Assembly (NCBI GenBank): GCA_045643725.1
Contig: JAZRFQ010000044.1
Coordinates: 5,136 to 69,135, forward strand
Source: Eubacteriales bacterium
GTDB taxonomy: Bacteria > Bacillota > Clostridia > Oscillospirales > CAG-272
Length of the DNA: 64,000 nucleotides
Reading direction: 5' to 3'
The translations under genes were made by a program, and so were the position numbers. The first letter of the stretch is position 1; each line of letters begins with the position of its first letter. Below the pieces are notes generated by a model, which saw nothing but the letters and a program-made list of their open reading frames with translations, searched no databases and had not been told where the DNA came from. This document shows, piece after piece, positions 34,948-43,902 of the stretch.

Positions 34948-36260
34948 TAGAATCTTTTTGGAATAGCGATCTTAATATCAAACCAGTTGCTATCGGTGTT
35001 GATATATACCGCGCCGTCGTAACGGTTTGCGGTGTATTTTATGCTCTTAATGCCCCAACCGTGATTGCTTCCGTCATCCTTGGTGGTGACGTAGTTTTCG
35101 CCGTCGGTCTTGAGCTCGTCCTCATAGTAGTTTTCAATTCGTATCATCACGAAATCGTTGAGCTGTGAAACCGTAACGTGAATGAGGCGTTTTTCCTTGT
35201 CCTTGATGTGCAGTACCGATTCGATCGCGTTATCGAGGGCATTACCGAAGATACTGCAGATGTCCATCGCCTCCATGAAGTCGAGAAGCGCGCCGTCCGC
35301 CACGCAGGTCATCGTGATGCCGTGCTTGTAGCAGTAGAGGCTCTTTCCCGTGAGTATGGTGTCGAGAACGGCGTTGCCGGTCTTGTTCTGAAGCTCGAAG
35401 CTCTTGATATCGTTCTCAAGTCGGTCGAGAAAGGCGTTGCGCTTTTCTGCGTCCTGCTCATCGCGCAGATACTGTATCTGATGCTTGAGATCGTGGTATT
35501 TCATATTGATCAGATCAATACTCTCTCTCGATTGCTTGTACTGCTGATACTGCGCCTCAAGAGTGCTTTGCACCGCCTGAAGCTCTGCGCGTATGGTGTT
35601 GGTACGGCAGGAAACGTAGTGAGCGTACAGCACCGCCACGCCGGCGATGTCTACGAGCGTTCGCGCGGTTGCGATCTCGCGCGAGTATTGACCTGCCGCA
35701 ACCGAGTTGTCGGTAACGAAGCGCAGATTACTGAGCATGAATACCACCGCCGCGATGAAGATGGCAGAGAACCAGTCTCCGCGGTTGATCCTGAAGGATG
35801 AGTCGATCGATATGCGGCGATTGAACATATGATGCTCGATAAAGGTGAGAATTCCGTATATCAGAATCAGCGCGACGATCTCTATCCAGAGAGGGATACT
35901 CGAGGTAGCGCTGTAGGTGTAATTGATGATCTGCCACTCCACGGATGCGATGCACTCCGCGGTGGAGAAGGCAAGAACGGCGTAGTAAACGCTCTCGTAA
36001 TAGCTCGCTTTGGTACACAGGAAGATGAAGCCCGACATAATAAAGAACGCCGCGAGCATACAGGGCAGCCACATCCACAGAACGACGTTCGCCGTCAGCT
36101 CCATGAAGGCGATCAGCACGCCGAGATAGAGTGCCGACAGCAGGATCGTTTTGTAGCGTCCGAGGGCAGGCTTCAGAGAGAGCACGATGACCATACACGA
36201 GAGCCACTCCGCGAGCGCGGTATATAGTCTCGGGATATCGGGAATTGCGTTGCCTGTCAT
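34947..36260 (-). CDS. Sensor histidine kinase, AgrC/HPK10-like (polytopic N-terminus + GHKL ATPase)
   Basis: About 6 TM segments, H-box ..NMKYHDLKHQIQYL.., N-box ..IFGNALDNAIE.. and G-box ..SNHGWGIKSI... I chose the start at 36260 (ATGA overlap with the RR stop, GAGGTG RBS); the ORF-track start is 36278. Confidence 0.85.
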   Translation of the reverse strand: MTGNAIPDIPRLYTALAEWLSCMVIVLSLKPALGRYKTILLSALYLGVLIAFMELTANVVLWMWLPCMLAAFFIMSGFIFLCTKASYYESVYYAVLAFSTAECIASVEWQIINYTYSATSSIPLWIEIVALILIYGILTFIEHHMFNRRISIDSSFRINRGDWFSAIFIAAVVFMLSNLRFVTDNSVAAGQYSREIATARTLVDIAGVAVLYAHYVSCRTNTIRAELQAVQSTLEAQYQQYKQSRESIDLINMKYHDLKHQIQYLRDEQDAEKRNAFLDRLENDIKSFELQNKTGNAVLDTILTGKSLYCYKHGITMTCVADGALLDFMEAMDICSIFGNALDNAIESVLHIKDKEKRLIHVTVSQLNDFVMIRIENYYEDELKTDGENYVTTKDDGSNHGWGIKSIKYTANRYDGAVYINTDSNWFDIKIAIPKRF

Positions 36261-36970
36261 TTCATCACCTCGTCCCAATACTGCGCCAGAGCCTCCATGA
36301 ACTCCTTTTTGCGACCGCGGCTGAGCAGGACAGTCTTGCCGCCCTTCAGCTTCGCCGTTCCGTCCTCAAGTCCTTCAACCTGCGAGAGATTTATCAGATA
36401 CCACTTGCTTCCGCGGAAGAAATGCAGGCTTGCAAGAGCCTCCTCGGCCTCCTTCAGCGTTCCTGACGTGACGTAGTCGCCGAGCGAGGTGTGATAAATG
36501 ATATCGTGTCCCTGGCTTTCTATGTAATAAATGTTGTTGACGGCAAGGCGGACAACGCCGCCCTTTACCGATATGATAACGCTTTTTTGCTCGCGCTTTT
36601 TCATTCGCGTGATCGCTCGCGCAAGACGCTGTGAAAAGGCAAAATACGACACGGGCTTGACGATATAGTCGAGCGCCTCGACCGCATAGCCGCGGATGGC
36701 GTACTGCGGCGTGTAGGTGATAAAGATGATTACCACGTCACGATCGAGCCTGCGGATCGCCTCTGCCGCCGACATTCCGTCCATATACTGCATCTCGATG
36801 TCCATCAGAATGACGTCGAACTGCGAGTGATAGTCCTCGACGATCAGAGAGCCGTCCGTATAGGTCGAGACGTCGAAGGACTCGCCGTATTCAGACTCGT
36901 ATTTTTTTAGGTAATTCCGAAGCTGATCCGAGTAGGTCAGATCGTCCTCAACGATCGCGATTCTGATCAT
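36257..36970 (-). CDS. LytTR-family response regulator
   Basis: 237 aa. Receiver domain (MIRIAIVEDD.., ..DVILMDIEM..) plus a C-terminal LytTR DNA-binding domain (..IYYIESQGHDIIYHT..). Confidence 0.9.
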   Translation of the reverse strand: MIRIAIVEDDLTYSDQLRNYLKKYESEYGESFDVSTYTDGSLIVEDYHSQFDVILMDIEMQYMDGMSAAEAIRRLDRDVVIIFITYTPQYAIRGYAVEALDYIVKPVSYFAFSQRLARAITRMKKREQKSVIISVKGGVVRLAVNNIYYIESQGHDIIYHTSLGDYVTSGTLKEAEEALASLHFFRGSKWYLINLSQVEGLEDGTAKLKGGKTVLLSRGRKKEFMEALAQYWDEVMK

Positions 36971-36976
36971 AAAAAA

Positions 36977-39406
36977 TCATTCCTTTGCAGTTGCTTTCTC
37001 TTGGCGAAGCGATTTCTTGAATCGGGACGAGCGTCCGAGATTCTTGAAGAAATCAACGATCAAGCGGCCGAGTCCTCTCCAGAAATGGCCGTTGAATATG
37101 AAGAGAATATCCTCGGTCATTTTTGCCGATATCAGTCCGTTCGACATCTTTGCGAGCGCACGGATGGGCATATTATAAATGAACAGGATGTTGATGTTAG
37201 GCTTGCCCTTCGCCTCGGATTTGTTTTTGAGAGAGGTGAGCAGGCGATATATGAATCGCGCAAACGCTCCCTTGGCATAATATAATTGACACAGGGCATC
37301 GTTCGCGGTGATCTCACCGCCCCACTTGCCGTCGGGGATCGGGTGTCCGAGCAGAGTCTCAAAATCGGCGTCGGATACGCACTTGACGTCGGCATTCTTG
37401 TAGCATTCGGGAGTAGCGCGTGCCACGGTCTTGCCTGCAACGTGGATCGTCTTCGACAGAGCCACACAGCTCGCGTTTCTTGCGATGCGGATCTCGTAGT
37501 CGGCATCCTCGATCGCCCAGGCGTTATCCTCGGTATCGAAGTAGCGGAAGGTCTTGTCGTCAAAGGCGATAGTCACACGGCGGCTCTCCTTCGCCTCGAG
37601 GAATACCTTGGCGAAGCCTTTTAGTTCCTCTAGGGGACGGTAGATGCCGCTATTCTTGCAGGAGACGTACATCTCGGCGATCTCGGCACCTGCGCGGTCG
37701 CCCACGTTCGTGACGGTGAAGCTGACAGAGTCCTCGTTCACCTCGATATCACTGTATTCAAAGTCGGTATAGCTGAGTCCGTAGCCGAAGGGATAGCGCA
37801 CGGGAATTCCGGCGCTCTCGTAGTAGCGGTAGCCGACGAAGAGTCCCTCGCGGTATTCTGCGGTGCGCTCGGGGCTGGGGAAGTAGGGCGTCGCGGATAC
37901 GTCCTCGAGGCAGACGGGCCAACTCTCGTTGAGCTTACCCGAGGGGTTGATTCTGCCGAGAATGGCGTCTACCATAGCACCTGCGCCCGCCTGACCGCCG
38001 AGATAGCCGTGAATTGCGGCACGGTAGAGGCTACGCTCGGGCATAACGAAGGGAGCACCGCCCGAGAGAACGAGTATAACGTTTTTATTTGCGGCACAAA
38101 CCGCGCTGATGAGCTCCTTCTGCGAGGCGCTTAGCTCAATATGTGTGCGATCCATGCCCTCGAGCTCGAGAGTCTCGTCGAGTCCGACGCACAGGAGCAC
38201 GGTCTCGGCCTTTCTTGCGACCTCGACTGCCTCGTCGATCAGCTTCTGATCGGGCATAGGGTTGCGACGGTCAAAGCCCTGGGCGTACGCGGTGATCTCA
38301 ACCCCTGCGGCGAGAAGACAGCTGTGGAAGCTATCAAGCTTCGTAGGATTGACCTGCGACGAGCCTGCGCCCTGATAGCGAGGCATTTTTGCGAAATCGC
38401 CGATAACGGCAACGCTTGCTTTTTCGGGGAGGGGAAGTGCGCCGTCGTTATCGAGAAGAACGATGCTCTCCGCGGCACATTTTCTTGCAAGAGCGTGATG
38501 AGCCTCGGCGTCGAAGCTCTTGGGCGCGTTCTTGACCGCCTCATAGGTGGAATTTATAACGTCGAGAAGCTCGCATACGCGCTTGTCGATAACGTCCTCC
38601 GTGATTTTGCCCTCCTCGAGGTCACGGAGAAGTCCGATAGCACAGTCGGGGCCCGGCGCAGGCATAACGAGGTTAGAGCCTGCCATAACGCCGTCGGTGT
38701 GATTGTTGTCTGCGCCCCAGTCGGTGACGACGAAGCCGTCAAAGCCCCACTCGCGACGCAAAATATCGGTAAGAAGATGCTCGTTTTCGTTAGCGTAAGT
38801 ACCGTTGACCATATTGTACGACGACATGATGGTCTTGGCGCGTCCCTCCTTCACAGCGATCTCGAATCCCGTGAGGTATATCTCGCGCATGGTTCTCTCG
38901 TCGAGAACCGAGTTCATCGACATACGGCGCAGCTCCTGCGAGTTGACCGCAAAGTGCTTCGGGCAGGCGGCAACGCCGTTTGCCTGGATTCCTCTGACGT
39001 ACGCCGCCGCCATCTTGCCGGCGAGATAGGGGTCCTCGGAGAAATATTCGAAGTTACGTCCGCAAAGCGGCGAGCGCTTTATATTTAGTCCCGGGCCGAG
39101 CACAACGTGTACGTTGTTTGCCGCCGCCTCCTCGCCGAGAGCGCGACCAAGCTCCTCTGCGAGCTCGGGGTTCCAGGAGTTCGCCATACCTGCTGCGGTA
39201 GGGAAGCATGTCGAGGGTATAGATTCGTTCAGTCCGAGATGGTCTGCAGAGCCTGCCTGCTTGCGAAGACCGTGAGGGCCGTCAGAGAGAAAGATCTCGG
39301 GCACGTCCGCGTGCTCGAAGGAATGGGTAGTCCAGACGGTCTTGCCCTGAAGGAGTGCCGCCTTCTGTTCTTTGGTGAGCTTTTTTAGTTGTTCACGTGC
39401 TTTCAT
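36977..39406 (-). CDS. GH3 beta-glucosidase (canonical domain order)
   Basis: I chose the start at MKAREQL with a GGAGG RBS; the ORF-track start is 39484. Motifs include ..SDGPHGLRK.., ..KRSPLCGRNFEYFSEDPYL.., ..KHFAVNSQE.., ..GFDGFVVTDWGA.. and ..YPFGYGLSYT... It ends 6 nt before the RR gene. Confidence 0.9.
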   Translation of the reverse strand: MKAREQLKKLTKEQKAALLQGKTVWTTHSFEHADVPEIFLSDGPHGLRKQAGSADHLGLNESIPSTCFPTAAGMANSWNPELAEELGRALGEEAAANNVHVVLGPGLNIKRSPLCGRNFEYFSEDPYLAGKMAAAYVRGIQANGVAACPKHFAVNSQELRRMSMNSVLDERTMREIYLTGFEIAVKEGRAKTIMSSYNMVNGTYANENEHLLTDILRREWGFDGFVVTDWGADNNHTDGVMAGSNLVMPAPGPDCAIGLLRDLEEGKITEDVIDKRVCELLDVINSTYEAVKNAPKSFDAEAHHALARKCAAESIVLLDNDGALPLPEKASVAVIGDFAKMPRYQGAGSSQVNPTKLDSFHSCLLAAGVEITAYAQGFDRRNPMPDQKLIDEAVEVARKAETVLLCVGLDETLELEGMDRTHIELSASQKELISAVCAANKNVILVLSGGAPFVMPERSLYRAAIHGYLGGQAGAGAMVDAILGRINPSGKLNESWPVCLEDVSATPYFPSPERTAEYREGLFVGYRYYESAGIPVRYPFGYGLSYTDFEYSDIEVNEDSVSFTVTNVGDRAGAEIAEMYVSCKNSGIYRPLEELKGFAKVFLEAKESRRVTIAFDDKTFRYFDTEDNAWAIEDADYEIRIARNASCVALSKTIHVAGKTVARATPECYKNADVKCVSDADFETLLGHPIPDGKWGGEITANDALCQLYYAKGAFARFIYRLLTSLKNKSEAKGKPNINILFIYNMPIRALAKMSNGLISAKMTEDILFIFNGHFWRGLGRLIVDFFKNLGRSSRFKKSLRQEKATAKE

Positions 39407-39445
39407 ATTGCGCCTCCATAGTAGTTCATAACTTTTGCTGATACT

Positions 39446-39474
39446 ATTATAACAGATAGTAAAACGTTTTTGTA
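39446..39474 (-). promoter_or_regulatory. Candidate extended -10 promoter of the GH3-RR-HK operon
   Basis: On the minus strand: TGt-TATAAT with a weak -35 (TACAAA) at 17-nt spacing. Confidence 0.35.
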
Positions 39475-39903
39475 TTAAAAACACACGAAGTGTTAATATT
39501 TATGCATAAATGGTAATCTTTCCTCTTCATTATATCATATTGCCTTTTACATTTCAAGATAAAAATCGGGCGGCACCTGCCTTGGCGCGCTCTCCTCGAC
39601 AGAGGCAGAAATTCATCCTATTTATTACATAGAGGCGACCTGCGAGGGAGATTTTTGATAAGTGTGCATGAATCCTTTGGGGCGCAATAATTCAATATTG
39701 AGCTCATTTCTGCCGTTTTTTTGCTATGTTTGAAGGATTTGACATTTCAGAAAATCATTTTTCTTGCAAGAAAAAAGCACATTTGAGGCGCCGCTTGTCG
39801 AGATGGTTGTGGGATATTTGTGCAAAACTGCCAAAAAATGAATGATATTTTTGTAAATATGTAAGAATTTCTTCTTTTTCTAAATAAAAAAGACGAAAAA
39901 CAC

Positions 39904-39932
39904 TTGACATTTTTGTTTACATGTTTTATAAT
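39904..39932 (+). promoter_or_regulatory. Consensus sigma-A promoter of the Opp-type transporter operon
   Basis: TTGACA, 17 nt, TATAAT, followed by an about 200-nt leader before the ATG at 40142. Confidence 0.65.
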
Positions 39933-40141
39933 TGTATACATCATTGGCGCTGATACCGAGAAAATAGCTTTCTGACACGGTCAAGTGTGGAACACGGCTT
40001 TGACCGTAATTTTCATTATATCGGTGTCGTTGATTACTATGTATAAAACGCTGCGATTGTCGGTTGCATCTGTTTGAAATATGCAGAGATGCTCCGGGGC
40101 GCGATGCGATTTATAAAAATTTTTTATGGAGGTTCATTACT

Positions 40142-42706
40142 ATGAACAAGACATTCAAGAAGGTACTTGGTCTTGCACTTGTTGCTTGCATGCTCTTCTC
40201 TGTAGTAGGCACTCTTGCTTCTTGCTTCAACAAGACGCCCGACGGCCCCACCACAGATCCTGTTAAGACCTATACCTACAATGACGCGGTTACTCTTCTT
40301 TCTACGAACTGGAACCCTCACACCTACCAGACCACCGATGAGTCCTATCCTATCGACTTCATCACCGCAGGTCTTTACTCCTTCGTTTTCAACGATGAGC
40401 TCAACCCTGTAGAGGGCAAGGACCCCTACGCAGGATACAAGATCGTTCCTGAGATGGCAGCAGCTCTTCCCGTTGACGTTACCGAGGAGATCAAGGCTAC
40501 CGGTAAGTACAACATTCCCGAGAGCGCAACCTCCGGCTATGCGTACAAGATCGCTCTTAATCCCGCAGCTACTTGGGAGAACGGCGTAGCTATCAACGCT
40601 GATACTTACGTTTACTCCATGAAGCAGCTCCTTAATCCTCAGCTTCTTAACTACAGAGCTTCCGATTACTTCGATGGTTCTCTTTGCATTGCAAATGCTC
40701 AGAAGTACTACTATCAGGGTACTATCAACTATACCGATAACGGTATTGGCAACAAGTACGGTGTTGCTAACCTTGTAAAGGGTGAGGACGGCAACTACTA
40801 CACCGCTGATGGCAACGCTATGTTCATCGCAGTTCACTATCCTCTTGAGTGGACCGGTGGAAACACTCTTAAGCAGTACGTTGACGCTTACGGTGATCAG
40901 TACTTCGGTATGGCAGATTGGGATAAGCTCGTTGCAGCTATGGACGCAGAGGGCATGGTAGCTCTTAACGACGAGACTTATGCATGGCTTCTTGCTACTG
41001 TTACCACTAACGCTAACTGGGGTGAGACTGACGCTGACGCGTTCAACTACTTCCTCGAGAAGATCGCTTACGAGGATAACTACTCCTTCGATAACGTTGG
41101 TATCTTCAAGAGTGGCGAGTACGAGATCACTCTCGTTCTTGACAAGTCTCTTGCAGGCTTCAACCTTCTCTACAACCTCTCCGGTAACTGGATCGTTTAC
41201 AAGGATCTCTACGAGGCAGGTATGTCCAAGGTTGAGGGCTCCGATGACCTTTACGTTACCAACTACCAGACCTCTCTTGCAACCACCATGTCTTATGGTC
41301 CTTACAAGATGACCGGTCTCGTTGAGAAGTCTTCCATGACCTTCGAGAGAAACGAGAACTGGTACGGTTACTCCGACGGCAAGCACGTATACGTAGATCC
41401 TACCGATGGCAAGACCTACGATATGTACCAGACCGACAAGATCTTCACCAGAGTTGTTCCCGAGGCTTCTACCAGAAAGCTTATGTTCCTTTCCGGTGAG
41501 CTTATGGGTTACGGCCTTCAGTCCGAGGACTTCGAGCAGTTCAGAAACTCTGATTACTGCTACGCTACTCCCTCCGAGACTATCTTCTTCTTCATCTTCA
41601 ACGGTTACCTCGAGGCTATTCAGACTAGAGAGGCTAACTTCAAGGATGATGAGAAGGGCAAGTACGACCTTGAGACTCTGACTCTTCAGAGCTTCAGAAA
41701 GGCAATTGCAGTTACCTACGATAAGGAGGCTCTCTGCACCGCAGTTTCTCCCTCTCGTTCCGGCGGTTACGGCCTCATCGGTAGCGCTTACATCTACGAC
41801 CCCGAGACCGGTGCTAGATATAGAGATACCGACCAGGCAAAGAAGGCTCTTTGCGAGTTCTACTCCGTTGACGTAAGCAAGTACGATAGCCTTGATGATG
41901 CAGTTGCATCCATCACCGGTTACGATCCCGTTGCCGCTAAGGAGCTTTACGCTCAGGCATTCACCGAGGCACTTGAGAAGGGTTATATCACCGATGCTGA
42001 TGGCGACGGCAAGTCCGATCAGATCGTTCGTATCACCTACGCTTCTTCCGAGTCCTCCGCATTCATCACCAAGACTCTTGATTACCTCAACCAGAAGCTC
42101 ACTGAGGTTCTCGTAGGCACTCCCTTCGAGGGCAAGATTGAGATCGTTGAGTCCGCACCTCTCGGCAACGAGTGGTCCAACCACATCAAGGCTGGTACCG
42201 CTGACACCGTTCTTGGCGGTTGGAACGGCTCCGCACTTGATCCCTTCGGTCTTTCCGAGCTTTACACCAACCCTGCTAAGCAGTATGACGCTAAGTGGTT
42301 CAACGCATCCACCGTTGAGCTTGAGATCGAGGTTAACGTAGCTAAGATCGGCGAGCCTGAGAACAAGCAGAAGGTTACCATGAACCTCAAGCAGTGGTCT
42401 GACGCTCTTAACGGTGCTACCGTTAAGGTTGGCGATGTTGAGTATTGCTTCGGTGACGGTATTGCAGACGTTGAGACTCGTCTCGACATCCTTGCTAAGA
42501 TCGAGTCCACCGTTCTTATGACCTACGACTACATTCCTATGCTTCAGGACGGCTCCATGGCTCTCCTTACCAAGCAGGTTTACTACGTAGTTGAGGAGTA
42601 CAACCCCATCATGGGTCGTGGTGGTATCAGATACATGAAGTATAACTACGACGATGCAGCATGGGCAGCATACGTTGCATCTTGCGGCGGTCAGCTCTCC
42701 TACTAA
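40142..42706 (+). CDS. ABC transporter substrate-binding lipoprotein, family 5 (Opp/Dpp-type), unusually large
   Basis: I chose the start at MNKTFKKVLGLALVACMLFSVVGTLASC (GGAGG RBS); the ORF-track start is 40064. 854 aa. First gene upstream of the OppBCDF-like genes. Confidence 0.8.
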   Translation: MNKTFKKVLGLALVACMLFSVVGTLASCFNKTPDGPTTDPVKTYTYNDAVTLLSTNWNPHTYQTTDESYPIDFITAGLYSFVFNDELNPVEGKDPYAGYKIVPEMAAALPVDVTEEIKATGKYNIPESATSGYAYKIALNPAATWENGVAINADTYVYSMKQLLNPQLLNYRASDYFDGSLCIANAQKYYYQGTINYTDNGIGNKYGVANLVKGEDGNYYTADGNAMFIAVHYPLEWTGGNTLKQYVDAYGDQYFGMADWDKLVAAMDAEGMVALNDETYAWLLATVTTNANWGETDADAFNYFLEKIAYEDNYSFDNVGIFKSGEYEITLVLDKSLAGFNLLYNLSGNWIVYKDLYEAGMSKVEGSDDLYVTNYQTSLATTMSYGPYKMTGLVEKSSMTFERNENWYGYSDGKHVYVDPTDGKTYDMYQTDKIFTRVVPEASTRKLMFLSGELMGYGLQSEDFEQFRNSDYCYATPSETIFFFIFNGYLEAIQTREANFKDDEKGKYDLETLTLQSFRKAIAVTYDKEALCTAVSPSRSGGYGLIGSAYIYDPETGARYRDTDQAKKALCEFYSVDVSKYDSLDDAVASITGYDPVAAKELYAQAFTEALEKGYITDADGDGKSDQIVRITYASSESSAFITKTLDYLNQKLTEVLVGTPFEGKIEIVESAPLGNEWSNHIKAGTADTVLGGWNGSALDPFGLSELYTNPAKQYDAKWFNASTVELEIEVNVAKIGEPENKQKVTMNLKQWSDALNGATVKVGDVEYCFGDGIADVETRLDILAKIESTVLMTYDYIPMLQDGSMALLTKQVYYVVEEYNPIMGRGGIRYMKYNYDDAAWAAYVASCGGQLSY

Positions 42707-42763
42707 TATTATTAATTTAAGATAGTTTTATCCTAAAAAAATAATGTTATAAACGTTAATCGT

Positions 42764-42795
42764 CCCTCCAAAGCGCCCTTTGGCGCTTTGGAGGG
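42764..42795 (+). other. Strong intra-operon stem-loop after the binding-protein gene
   Basis: ccctccaaagcgcc-cttt-ggcgctttggaggg (14-bp perfect stem). A T-run follows only after an about 11-nt gap. Confidence 0.7.
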
Positions 42796-42909
42796 CATTA
42801 ATGCGTTTTTTGTTTTATATCGTCATGTGGCAGGGACAGCTCTGTTTCGGACGACCATTTTTAATTTGTTATAACTAATTCGTTTTTTTGCGATTGATTG
42901 GAGGACATA

Positions 42910-43881
42910 ATGTTAAAATACGCAGCGCAAAGAATTTTACTTATGTTGGTGACGCTGTTCATCATTACGCTTATATGCTTCGTTCTTATCAGAATGCTGC
43001 CTGTAGCGGTGCTTAGCAACAACGCCAATGACGTAGCTAAAACTCAAGCTATTATGATGAGACGAGAGGCTCTCGGATACGGTAAGCCCTACCTCGTTCA
43101 GTTTGGAATATTCCTTCAGAGAATATTCACGAAGTGGGACTGGGGTATGAGTGACGTTCTCTACTACGGTAGAGACGTAGCAGAGGTATTCGGCAACCTT
43201 CTTCCCGCCACCATGACGGTTAACCTTATGTCTATTATCTGCAGTATTCCTATTGGAATTGCGTTCGGTATATGGGCAGCACTTAAAAAGAATAAACCCA
43301 CCGACCATATTATTAGCACGACGACGATGCTGGCGATATCCGTGCCCTCGTTCGTGTACGCGTTCCTCGTTCAGTATATACTTTGCTATAAGCTCGACCT
43401 CTTCGAGTTCCAGGTGCGACCCGAGAACGGTCTTTGGAGCCCTGAGTGCTTGATCTCGATGATCCCCGCCGTGCTTTCGCTTTCCTTCGGTGTTATTGCG
43501 GGCCTTACCCGTGTAACCAGAGCAGAGCTTACCGAGGCCTTGACGAGCGAGTTCATGGTTCTTGCGAGAACCAAGGGCCTTACCAGAGCACAGGCAACCG
43601 TTAGACACGCGATGAAGAACTGTATGGTAGTTATACTTCCTTCCATCTTCGGCGAGTTCATCGGTATCATGTCCGGCTCTCTTATCATCGAGAATATATT
43701 CTCGGTTCCCGGCGTAGGTTCGCTTTACCTCGACTCTATTACCAACGCAACCATGCCCGACTATCCCGTATTTATGATGATGACGGTATTCTATACCTTC
43801 GTAGGACTCCTCTCCGGAGTTATAATCGACGTAAGCTACGGCTTCATTGATCCCAGAATCAGAATGGGCTCGAGAAAATAA
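42910..43881 (+). CDS. ABC transporter permease (OppB/DppB-type)
   Basis: I chose the start at MLKYAAQRILLML (GGAGG 6 nt upstream); the ORF-track TTG is at 42898. About 6 TM segments and EAA-like ..ARTKGLTRAQATVRHAMKN.. Confidence 0.85.
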   Translation: MLKYAAQRILLMLVTLFIITLICFVLIRMLPVAVLSNNANDVAKTQAIMMRREALGYGKPYLVQFGIFLQRIFTKWDWGMSDVLYYGRDVAEVFGNLLPATMTVNLMSIICSIPIGIAFGIWAALKKNKPTDHIISTTTMLAISVPSFVYAFLVQYILCYKLDLFEFQVRPENGLWSPECLISMIPAVLSLSFGVIAGLTRVTRAELTEALTSEFMVLARTKGLTRAQATVRHAMKNCMVVILPSIFGEFIGIMSGSLIIENIFSVPGVGSLYLDSITNATMPDYPVFMMMTVFYTFVGLLSGVIIDVSYGFIDPRIRMGSRK

Positions 43882-43902
43882 TAGAAAGGAGAAAAATGAA
43901 AA

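Noticed and set aside
32015-34981. 988-aa minus-strand ORF antisense to the permuted GH3 gene
   Set aside because: Same artefact. The plus-strand product has unambiguous GH3 motifs and the antisense product has none.
39747-39944. 65-aa minus-strand ORF in the AT-rich GH3/transporter intergenic region
   Set aside because: It overlaps the consensus transporter promoter, has AT-rich atypical codon usage and has no RBS.
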